From Octopus vulgaris (taxonomy: Eukaryota), in NCBI GenBank assembly GCA_951406725.2, contig OX597814.1, forward strand, positions 57,350,001 through 57,414,000: DNA of 64,000 nucleotides, read 5' to 3'. The position numbers and the translations under genes were made by a program. Numbering within the stretch: the stretch's first letter is position 1; each line of letters opens with the position of its first letter. Positions 11,196-21,735 of this stretch are shown piece by piece. Under the pieces are notes generated by a model that saw only the letters and a program-made list of their open reading frames with translations, was not told the DNA's origin and did no database searches.

Positions 11196-14041
11196 CGCCC
11201 CCCTGATCTACAGATCACTGAACTGGCTTTCTCACTCACTCTCCGCTCCCGAACTCACACCTTAATTGGTTTCATAATCAGCCAACAAGGGAGGAGGGTG
11301 CCGTTCCCTCTGTGGTCACAGTGCAACCCTAGGACTGGTTCCTGGCATGTTGCTACTGGCCTCATCATCCTATCTACTGATGTTGTTTTCATCTTGCCCA
11401 CTGCTGCTGATCCCATCCTCTGAGGCATGGACAATCCTTCGTACATCCAAAACGTGGCATGGCAAACCATCGACCGAGATGTTGTTCTTTAAATTTACAG
11501 AGGTTATTGTCCCCTTCCCCCATCATGATATACACTGTGCGTTTGGGGGTTTTACCCAAACTTCTTCCCCGACCTGCACGAAGGCATGCTCTTCCTCTGC
11601 CCCGGGTCGCATTGATGCAGTACACGGATGCCAGAATATTGCCCTGTGTGGCACCGACTCCTCAGCCTGTCCTGATCTGGGCGACATATTGTACCAAAAT
11701 ACAGCCTTGATTGGTGAAATTTGACTCCACTCTGCCATGGCCTTGATGGTATGATGATGCCTTTCCACCACCCCATTTCCACTTGGCCGGTATGCCGCCC
11801 TGAAGAAGCAGTTGACCTTCCACCCATCAAGCATTTCTTTCAGCACATCCGAGCGAAATACAGTGCCATTATCCAGAAGCAGTTCATCCACGGGGCCTCG
11901 TTCCAGGAATGTCTCATTCACTACTTTCACAATTTCCACTGCGGTCCCCGTCTTCATCTCCCTCTATATGGCCAACCGCCCCAGTCTGCAGTCAACCATT
12001 GAGAGGTACGTCCCCTGCCGGTAGTGTGTTATGTCCACCACCAGTCGTTTCCAGTCGTGGTCCACTGGAATACTTCCCGCCTCATGTACGCCCGGAGCAG
12101 GGTCGATGGACTGGCACCTGTCACAACTGCTAACCACTCTCTGCACGCTCTGTCTTGTTACATCGGAGTCAACTTTTCTGGCTAGGAACAATATCCTGTC
12201 CACACCCATGTGATGCATGGTATGCAGTCTCCGCAACTCCAAGTTGCTCAGACGGCATACTGCAGCTACAGCCTGCTTCACATTCTCTGGCACCTGCAAC
12301 CAGGCTCGCTTTACCCTGGTCAGGACATCTGCCCTGTTCTTCTCGGAAGGCACAAAGATCACGCTCAGCTTCAGATTGAACTCAGTGGTTAGTTCACGCA
12401 GTATCCCCAATCAATGCTTTACCAGCATCTCTGCAACCCCTTTGGTTCGCACCCTCCGCTCATTGGTGATGACTGCTGTCACCCAACCAAGTACAGTGGC
12501 CGAATCAGTCCTGATTTCTATGGTGTGCAACCCCCACTTCAAGGCTAGGTTCACCCCCTTCAACACGGCATCCAACTCCGCCACATTGATATAATTGCAG
12601 TCATCCGTCTTCCTGAGCCAGGCTGCATCTTCCACCATGACACCTCCCACTTCTAAGACAACCCCTATCGCGATGCTACTGGCATCACACCATACAATCC
12701 CGCTCTTTGATTTGGGAACATACTAACTGCCCCTCACTGGGTTCTCTGCTCCTACTCTGACCAAGACTTCCTGTATCATGTCGATCGTCTTCTCCCACAC
12801 TCTATCGTTCCACTTCACTCCTTCGGCTCGTCTCTTGATGAAGCTACATGCTGTCTGGAGCCATCCTGCAATCAGGTAGTGTCCCACCAGCTTCCCACAC
12901 ACAGAGAACAGTTCCCATCTACTCATGCTGGCACCCAGTTCAGGGACCTCATTCCCTCGCCGGAACACCAACACACCAGCCTTGTATCTCCATAGTTTGA
13001 GGCCCAGTGCAGCACCTCCCTCCATTGCCTCTGGTGGCTTGGCGATCAGTCCAAAACTCTTCAGGTGGCCTATGACCTCCGTTGCTGGCATTACGGTTTC
13101 GTCCACCAGAATGTCATCGATGTACGAATTGGTGGCCCTTTTTACTCTGTCCACCTTTCCCAGGATAGCCTTGAGAATTGTTGCCACAATCTTTGGCGCT
13201 GAATTCAGCCTGAACCCCAACCTGGTCAGACAGTACGTCCGGCCCTTATACCTGACAAGCTGGTACTTCCACAATTTCTCAGCCACATGCACCTGTAGGT
13301 ATGCCGACTTCAAATCAACAATCGTGGAGGCCCCTGTCATCTGCCTCCACTCTTGCAAGGTGTCTCTGCAGACATCTGTGGCCTAGCTGCCTGTATGACA
13401 TGATACGTGGTCATTCAGCTCTCGGAAGTCAAGCACTGGCCTGACCTTATGCTTTGTGGGCTGTATCACCACTATCAGTGGCAGGACTCCGCTCTCTTCT
13501 TTTTCCCAAGGGATCAATATGCCCTCCTTAATCCACCGCTCCACCTCCCCCTCGAACTCACTTCTGGCATCTCCTTTTAGAGTATGCTGATAGCAGCCCA
13601 CTTTATTCTTTAACATCGGGGGCTCTCTCTTCCAGTGCAGCATGCTTTTCCTCACGGTTGTCACCAGTGCATGGTCTCGCCATACGCGGTTTCCTCGCAA
13701 ACCCAAACGTTACACCGGCCTCGTTAACAGTGACATCTCCCAAACGGGTGATTGCATCCATCCCCATCACCACGTCAATCTCGTCCAATAAGTAGCCAAC
13801 CACAATTGCTCGCAGCGTCAGCTGTATTCCCTGCACTACAAACCGTGCATCTGTAACGCCTTCACAGTGTACTTCTCTTCCGTCGACTGCTCTTACACTG
13901 CTTTCTCCACTCCACATCTCTGCCACTTCTGGAGTCATCAGGGTTGTCATAAAGCCCGTGTCCACAAGGGCTCGCGACATCTTCCCCTCCGCCAGAATGT
14001 CGACCACAGGTAGTGACGATAAATGTGCCTCTATTGATCCA

Positions 14042-14085
14042 AAGGGACAACTACCAGCGCAGTAGTCTCCCTCAGTCCGTTTCCC
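14042..14085 (-). other. gag-pol -1 ribosomal frameshift signal
   Basis: G GGA AAC in the gag frame (14085-14079), 6-nt spacer, then hairpin AGGGA GACUAC ugcgcug GUAGUU g UCCCU; the -1 frame is the protease ORF 13603..14094. Confidence 0.8.
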
Positions 14086-14827
14086 CACAGACATTCACTG
14101 GCTATATGCCCCAGTTCTCGACACCGGTAGCAAATGACCTCAGGCTTGGGTGACTTGCAGTCACGCACCATTTCCAGACCCTGGCACCGGAAACACTGTC
14201 CTTTGAACGGTCGCACACGTTCTTTCTTCAACCCCTCTCCACTGCTCCTAGCTCGGCCACTTTTCATTGTTGCAGTCGCTGGTACTGACGTCATTCTGCT
14301 GCATGAAACTAGCACGTGTGCCCGAGATACGATGTCTGCCATTGGCATCGAATGAACGTTCAGAAGCTGCTGTAATTCTCGACCGACATGTTGTCAGGAA
14401 AGCCAGTCACGAACGCCAACCTAACCATCCGGTCCAGCAACTCTTCCTCATAACCCGCCAGTTTAGCCAATCTCCTAAGTTCATTGGCAAATACATCCAC
14501 CTGTTCCCCAGTCCATCTTGTTCTACCCAGGCGATCATATGCCTCAAACATTCCCTCCGCAAAGGCCTCCATCAACCGTATTTCTACTTTCTCCGCGCTG
14601 AGTTGGTCTGTCTCCTCCATCTCTAGATACAGCGCCAATGCCGGACCATCCAAGTACAGCGGTATGAAACTCGCTAGGTCGTTTATACCGTGGAGCTTTG
14701 CCACCAACTTCACCTTCTTCAACCAAGCGATTACATCCGTGTCGCCGCAAAACGGTTTAATCATCTTGTGCGAAATATGGGCACTCATCGTTCATTTTTT
14801 TTTTTTTCTTTATGTGCCGAAATAGCT

Positions 14828-15084
14828 TGTAGTGTGATAGATGAAGAGGACAAGAGAAGGAGAAGAAATACAAACAAGCCTTACCTCGGCGAAGATCACT
14901 GGTCTCTTACACGTCCTGTCGCTTTCTCGTCTATGCTCGAACTGCCCACTTCCTCAATCGCCACACGTGCGTCTCGCTTGACCGCTTCCGCTTCCCCCCG
15001 CACATGCACCCTCCAGTCTTCCACCGGCCCCTGCAAGCCTTACTTCCGCCCACCTCATCTGTCATCCTCTCCACCGACACCACA
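14828..15084 (-). repeat. 5' LTR (257 bp)
   Basis: Direct repeat of 10926-11195. Confidence 0.93.
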
Positions 15085-15239
15085 GACAGAATATCCCATA
15101 CTCTGGGATAACCCAGAAACAGCTGTAAGGCTTTGAATTTCTTCCAATAATAATAATGTATATGACTTAAGATGTTTGCCTTACCTTAATGTTTGTTGTT
15201 TCCTTTAACAATTATATATATATATACATATATGTATAT

Positions 15240-15410
15240 AAAGGGAAATTTTTACGAAAATAAACAAAAGACAAAGGCAGGTGGAGTACAAACAAACAAA
15301 TGTATTAGTATAGCGCTCAGGAATAGAAAAAGGCTTATACGTTTTGAGCCTACGCTCTTTGACAGAAAGATACACAGAGAAAAACAAGGAGAGAAAAAAA
15401 TGCGTGTAGG
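15240..15410 (-). mobile_element. Penelope-like terminal repeat with a degenerate minimal hammerhead (15334-15369)
   Basis: Reverse-complement homolog of 9412-9562. Confidence 0.6.
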
Positions 15411-15585
15411 AATACATATATATGTATATGTACATATATATATGTGTATGATACATATATATATGTATCATATATATGCTACATATATATATGTATCATA
15501 TATGACTGGGCCTGATGAAGCCTTCCGGCTTCACAGACCCCAGTTGAACCGTCCAACTCATGCTAGCATGGAAAACGGACGCTAA

Positions 15586-15617
<32 letters not shown>

Positions 15618-15620
15618 ATA

Positions 15621-15895
15621 GGCACAGAAGTGGCTGTGTGGTAAGTAGCTTGCTAACCAACCACATGGTTCCGGGTTCAGTCCCACTGCGTGGCATCTTG
15701 GGCAAGTGTCTTCTGCTATAGCCCCGGGCTGACCAATGCCTTGTGAGTGGATTTGGTAGACAGAAACTGAAAGAAGCCTGTCGTATATATATATGTGTGT
15801 GTGTTTGTGTGTCTGTGTTTGTCCCCCTAGCATTGCTTGACAACCGATGCTGGTGTGTTTACGTCCCCGTCACTTAGTAGTTCGGCAAAAGAGAT
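15621..15895 (+). mobile_element. CORE-type SINE family B, 3' truncated
   Basis: ggcacagaagtggctgtgtggtaag..ggttcagtcccactgcgtggcatcttgggcaagtgtc. Confidence 0.85.
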
Positions 15896-17290
15896 GGAAG
15901 TCTGCAGGTGCAGAAGTGATACCATGTTGTGTTTGGGGAAAAACTCCTGAGTAGGGAGAACTCAGTGACAGGGTGCATAATTGTTGTGAAGAATTCAATT
16001 CTTCGCACTCCACATATCCAGTTGCTTTCACCAAATGTCCTCCCTCAAATGCTTCAAAATGTCATAGCAGAACTCTCATTTGATGGACTGGCCCTGGGGT
16101 ACAAATTCTCAATGCACAATACTGCAGATGCTGAAAAAAATATGAGCATACTCTTGATTGAGCTGTGGCTCTGTCATGTGTATGAAAGCCTCTTCCATTG
16201 TGACGACTGCTGCTTCATCTCAGAGTTGTACCCATAGACCCAACTCTCGTCACTGGTGATGATCTTTGACATGAAGGATGGGCCATCAGTGGCATGCTGA
16301 TGGGGATCTTGAAGTCTTCAACAAGATGTTCTTTCTGCTCAGTGGTCAGCAGGCAGGGAACAAACTTGGCAGAGATATGCTACATGTTCAATTCAGAAGT
16401 TAGGATTGCCTCGTGAACCCATACGACAGACCAACAACATCAGCAAAGTCATTGATTGTCTTCCAACAGTCTTCCTACACAAGCTGATGGATTTTCTCTA
16501 CAGCAAGACACCTGTTTCTGCTTCTCTGTCATACTCTAACCTTTCATCATTTGACACAAGATCATTTCCGTAAATGCCCTCACTCCTCTCAAAAATTTAT
16601 TGTCTTACAAGTAAAAAGTATCCAGTTCACACTGTGAAGTGGTTTACATTTGGAAGGGCGTCAAGTAGTAAAAACCATGCCAGAACTGACCTCAGCTGTG
16701 CTGGAGTCACATAAAAAGCACTCAGTCTACTCTGCAGGGTGTTAGGAAGGGCATCCAGCCATAAAGACCATGCCAAAACAGACTCAAAAGCTTGGTGTTG
16801 TCTTCTACTTGGCCTGGCTCCTGTCAAACCATCCAACTCATACCAGCATTGAAGACAGATGTTAAACGATGATGATGATGATTTTCTGGGGTGATGCTTG
16901 TGGCAGGTCTTCCAGGTAGCTCATCTTCCAGTGACATTCTTCCACTTTTGAAATGCCTGTGCCACTCAAAACATTGCATATGACCTATTAATTTGTCACC
17001 ATAAGCTTGCCGAAGTATGCTCAATGTCTCTGTAGTAGACTTCTCAAGTTTAATGCAAAATTTCGCATTAGCACTTCAATCCAACTTCTTGCCCATGACA
17101 AAATTACAGACTACAGCATACATGTGATCACAAAAACACAAATTTCACAACTTGTGAAGTAAACACAGTGATGTCACTTGGCACAGTGGCTCATGAATGT
17201 AACTGCTAGCTCTCACTACACACTCAACTGTATGCTGCCATCTGTTTGCATGCTACATAACTAGTCCAGGAACTTTTTAATACCCCTCAT
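15895..17290 (-). mobile_element. Mariner transposon relic (5' TIR and decayed transposase), interrupted by an RTE 3' fragment at about 16500-16880
   Basis: TIR tatgaggggtattaaaaagttcctgga at 17290; QAYG..CFEWHRHFKSGRMSLED; IITSDESWVYGY. Confidence 0.8.
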
Positions 17291-17530
17291 AAAACCCTTG
17301 ATTCAATAGCACTGTGCACAAACACTATACTTGGAATGACCAATTTTAAATACTATTGGATTTTACTCACAAGGTATTGGAATCTTATATATATATATAC
17401 CATTCTGCCTAAATAATGGATCTACAAATGCAATATCTCTGCATATCTCACATCTATTTTCATTCCTCCACTTCACTCTCTATTTTGTATTGTATCTAAA
17501 TTAACTATTGCTTAACCATTTTCTCACACC

Positions 17531-17578
17531 GTCTCTGATGAAGGGATATAATAAATATCCTGGAAACAGCTGTAAGAC
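17531..17578 (+). ncRNA. Type-I hammerhead ribozyme motif (Penelope-type)
   Basis: GUCU-CUGAUGA-A-GGGAUAU AAUAA AUAUCCU-G-GAAAC-AGCU-GUA-AGAC. Confidence 0.8.
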
Positions 17579-17859
17579 CTTCTATTTATAAATGTTCTAA
17601 AATCTTCACAGCCTTGGTTTTTTTATCTCATTCTGAAAAAAATTTTTTATATATATACACATGCTGATATATGACGTATGTTGGACTCCTTATTCACATA
17701 ATCATCGAACCTGGAACTTAACTATGGTCTATCCATAGCACTTACTCAGCATTATCTGATACCTTTGGGTCTTACTGACACCATTACCTCTCATAACCTC
17801 CTATACATATATATATATACAAAATAAAATCCAGGCTACCTATAGCAAAAGTGACCAGA

Positions 17860-18254
17860 TCTGTGGATGGTGAAGAATTGTATTCCTCATCAAGCTCTCC
17901 TCACTTGTGAGTTTCTCCCCCAAAATATGTTATTGCTTCCACACCTACCCTATTCATAAAATTTAGCACCTGCAGACTTCCATCTCTTCCCCAAAATGAA
18001 TATGCAGTTCAAAGGTTGCCTTTTTAACAGCATTGTTGAGGTCCAGAGTGAATTACAGAAGGTTCCCGATTCACTTATGGAAAACAACTTCCAGGCCAGA
18101 TTCCAAAAGTGGCAGGAATGCTCAGACCAGTGCATTGCTGCACAAGGTGTGACTATTTTGAAGGAGATGATGTTAAAACTTAGGTAGTTAAGTTACTTTT
18201 TAGCATAATATTTTTTAACATATCCAGTCCAGGAACCTAATGATACCACCTTGT
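17860..18254 (+). mobile_element. Mariner relic, 3' part and TIR
   Basis: LPHLPYS*NLAPADFHLFPKM...KWQECSDQCIAAQG; ends ccaggaacctaatgataccaccttg-TA. Confidence 0.8.
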
Positions 18255-18271
18255 ATACAAATACATATATA

Positions 18272-18329
<58 letters not shown>

Positions 18330-18462
18330 TAATCCAAACATGAAAACACAAAGAGAAAACACAACGCGAGGACGTGGAACAAATATAGTATTATTGGACG
18401 CTCAGGAAGGAAGGATATATATATTTATGTGTAAGTATCTCATTTATTTCTTTTACCACATG

Positions 18463-18520
18463 TATCACTGACGAAGAGAGGGCTCTCAGTAGCTAACTCT
18501 GAAATTGGTCCAATATGGTA
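18463..18520 (+). ncRNA. Type-I hammerhead ribozyme motif
   Basis: UAUCA-CUGACGA-AGAG..GGCU CUCAGU AGCU..CUCU-GAAA-UUGG U CCAA-UA-UGGUA; all three stems pair; triplet AUA. Confidence 0.78.
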
Positions 18521-19526
18521 ATAATGGAATTTTTTAGAAATTTCTGTCAACCTTTTTTTGAGCAGCATGCATATTGTGAAAAAATTATATGGTTAATGGA
18601 CAATATGTCCAATTTTTCGGCATATTTGGCATTAGAAATTTTTTCCTTTGCCCTCATTTATGAATTGTTTATAAATTTAACCGTTAAAGGTATTTTTTAA
18701 TATGCTGGCCATTGATAAAATTTTTTTCGAGAAAATATTTTTTTCGAAAAGAATTTTATCCTCACATTTTATATATATATATATACATACATACACACAC
18801 ACACACATATATATATTATTTATCTTATTATTTAATTGAAGCCACGCATCCATTTCCAAGTAAGTTTATCTTAACCCTTTTGATGGAACTCTATACCGTT
18901 TTCTCCCCTATCCTCTTTAATTCTCTTTTTCTCCCTCTCACCGTTTTCTATCTGTCTCTTTCTCTTTTTCTCTCCCTTGTTACTTACATGTGACCATTGT
19001 TCATTTTTTTTTTTCCTCACTTGACTATCTTTCTTTCCTGCACAGACATTCTAAGGACTAGATGTCTATCTCTCTCTTCTATCTTTTCTCTTTTCAAAAA
19101 AAAATATTTCTCTCAGTGTTCACTATTTTTCCCTTCGTTCAGGTCTAACAACCCTCCATGTTTATTTGCATTCAGTTTCCCTGTGTGTCTTCACTGTCCT
19201 GTTTTTGTTCTTAACTTTGACCCTCCATAAATCCCAAAAATTTTATTTAGGTATTTATGAGAACAACTGTCTTTGAAGACTCATAATGTCATTGATTGCT
19301 TGAAATGGGGAGTAGATAGACAGCCGACAACTGATGAAGAGTCATTCTTTGTATTACTTGTCCCCTTTTTCTCTCGTTATTTGCATATTTAATGTTGTTT
19401 ACTGTTGTGACATCCTGTACCAATGTATGCATATATATATATATATATATATGATATGACTGTGTGTGTGTGTGTGTGTTATTTATATTATTATTTAATT
19501 GAATGCCATGCAGCCATTTCCAAATA

Positions 19527-19565
<39 letters not shown>

Positions 19566-19570
19566 GTATG

Positions 19571-19603
<33 letters not shown>

Positions 19604-20327
19604 ATATATATATTTATTTGTATATGGATCATGGACTCTCCTGTTGTTAGATGACATATGAGGGTTTGGCAAGAAATTGACGAACAATCACACTGGTAAT
19701 TTGTTTATACTGATCAAATATTGAGATTTTAAAACCAAGGTGCCATTGATGATGGTGCCACATAAAAAACACCCAGTACATTCTGTAAAGGGATTAGCAT
19801 TAGGAAGGGCAGCCAGCTGTAGGAACCAAACCAAAACAGACTATGGAATCTGGCGTGGTCCCTGGCCTTTGCCAGTTCTTGTCAAGCCATCCAATCAAGG
19901 CCAACATGGAAAATGGACATTAAATGTTGATGATGATGATGATGTAAGGATTGGTTGACTAGTGCTTGAGGAGATGAGCAACTGTATGAAAGCTCTTTTG
20001 CTGGCTTGTTTAAATATTTATTTCTTACATTTGTACAAAGCTACACGGGCTAATTGTTGTTCAAATTGAAACAGTATGTTGCTTAGGAACAACCACTCCA
20101 GGAGCAAGGAAAGTCAGGGGGTCTGACGAAATTTGATTCAGCTGGTGATATAAAAAAAACCCCATCTACACTGTAAAGTGGTTGGCATTAGGAAGGGCAT
20201 CCAAATGTAGAAACCATGACAAATCTGGTATGGATCACAATGCAGCCGTGGTTCATTGGGTCCGTTCAAACTGTCCAACTCATGCTAACATAGAAAATGC
20301 ACGTTAAATGATAATGATGTTCTAGTG

Positions 20328-20666
20328 CAGTGTTTCTCAACCTATTTTACCCCAGACCTCACGATAACTTTCCAGAAAGATGTATGCCCCACAGGTGATA
20401 GGAAAAAACTTTATTTTTAATATTTTATAATTACATACTTTCCTTAAAGGAATATCCACATTAGGGCATTTGAATAACGCTATACTGTAACAAACAATCT
20501 TCACATAATATGCTTGGCTGGAGGGATTGGTTTGGCTAAGCGGAGTATAAGTGTATGTTTGCTGGGAAAAAACTTTTTACAATTTCATATCCCACTAAAA
20601 AAAACAAAAAAAAACTGGATCCATGCCCTACCACAATTTTCCCAGGTTCCACATTAGGAATCACTG
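20328..20666. mobile_element. hAT/Charlie-type MITE
   Basis: Termini CAGTGTTTCTCAA / TAGGAATCACTG; 8-bp TSD ttctagtg / atctagtg. Confidence 0.8.
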
Positions 20667-21339
20667 ATCTAGTGAAAATTTATTATAATTAAGTTCTGTA
20701 ACATCAAGAAGCCTAATTAGAGTAAGAGAAATCTAGAAAGGAATTGACAGATATTATTGCTAAAGAGTTGATAAAAGCAAATTCAGAGACACAGTACGGT
20801 AATGTAATTGTCAATCGTAAGAAATAAATATAATGAAAGGGTAATCTGGAGAAAACCATTCCACTGAGAAATGCAGCAAATCTATTTTTCTTCTAATGTT
20901 ACTCCTATTCTTCATAAACTTTGTAACACAGGAGAAAAAGAAACAAAAACAATCCATTGTGAAATATGAGAAATCACTTATTACTAATGGTAGAGGGAGC
21001 CGTTTAACTTCTTTAAACAAGCATACTTATGGGGAAATATTTCGAAAACCACTTTATTTCACAATAGCAGGGTTTACCTATCCTTGTATCTACTATATGT
21101 TATATCATAATTAACACATATTCTTTTCATATTCTCACAAAACTTGCTTTGTTTTTGAATATGCTGTCAAGTGGAAGTAATGGATGAACCAATTTTACAA
21201 AAGAAAGCGCTATATCTTGTTAATTGCTTCACCGAACTGAGAATGATTGAAAGCCTAACTAATTATTTCGAAGTATTGACGCTGGTATTTTTACCCATTT
21301 TTAATACCCGAGTCGTTCTTAACACTGCATATTTTCTGC

Positions 21340-21735
21340 TGTGAACACCGTACACCGAGACGTAAACTTCCGGGAAGTCAAGGCGGCAACTCGTTTTAAA
21401 GCTCATTTGAAGCTAATTCGTTGGACTAACGCTTTTATGACATTGGGCATTATAACTCTCTCTTTCTAATACATATTTTTTTTTAATAGAAAAAGTAAAT
21501 AATAAACGACATACAACCATCTACACAGAGAGAAATCTTTAACTATCTTTAAAATATAAACCAAACAATTACGTAAAATACACAACGAATTTCAAAAAAA
21601 AAAAAAAAAGGATTTATGAATTTCATTCTGTGTGTTTGGAAATGTAAGAAGAGTTCATATCATATCCGGTGTAACGGTTGTCTACCCCTGATTCACTAGC
21701 TGGCGCTAGATTTGTAGTCGTCCCCATAATGGCGG
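21340..21735 (+). promoter_or_regulatory. Probable PRPF40 promoter / 5' region
   Basis: Local CpG enrichment; palindromic double ETS-like site ACTTCCGGGAAGT at 21366-21378; YY1-like ATGGCG at the start codon. Confidence 0.45.
21729..21734 (+). CDS. PRPF40: PRPF40 coding exon 1 (ATG GCG = MA)
   Basis: cataATGGCG|gtaagt, a perfect donor in a locally CpG-enriched region; phase 0 matches exon 2. Confidence 0.65.

Larger units (their letters stand above)
10926..15084 (-). mobile_element. Complete Ty3/Gypsy LTR retrotransposon (decayed gag-pro-RT-RNaseH-IN)
   Basis: TG..CA LTRs at 10926-11195 and 14828-15084; polypurine tract next to 11196; gag 14788 with two Zn-knuckle-like motifs; protease ALVDTG; RT YIDD (12723..13358); RNase H (12411..12650); integrase HHCC and DDE (11964..12410, 11523..11957); several stops and frameshifts. 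Confidence 0.96.

Noticed and set aside
10932-11423. 163-aa and 148-aa (14690..15136) plus-strand ORFs with similar sequence
   Set aside because: Antisense readings through the two LTRs.
14806-14822. Minus-strand TTCGGCACATA resembling the U6 snRNA 5' end
   Set aside because: Too short and gapped; chance similarity.
19300-19345. GAAA...CTGATGAAGAG, possible type-II hammerhead
   Set aside because: No credible stems I or III.
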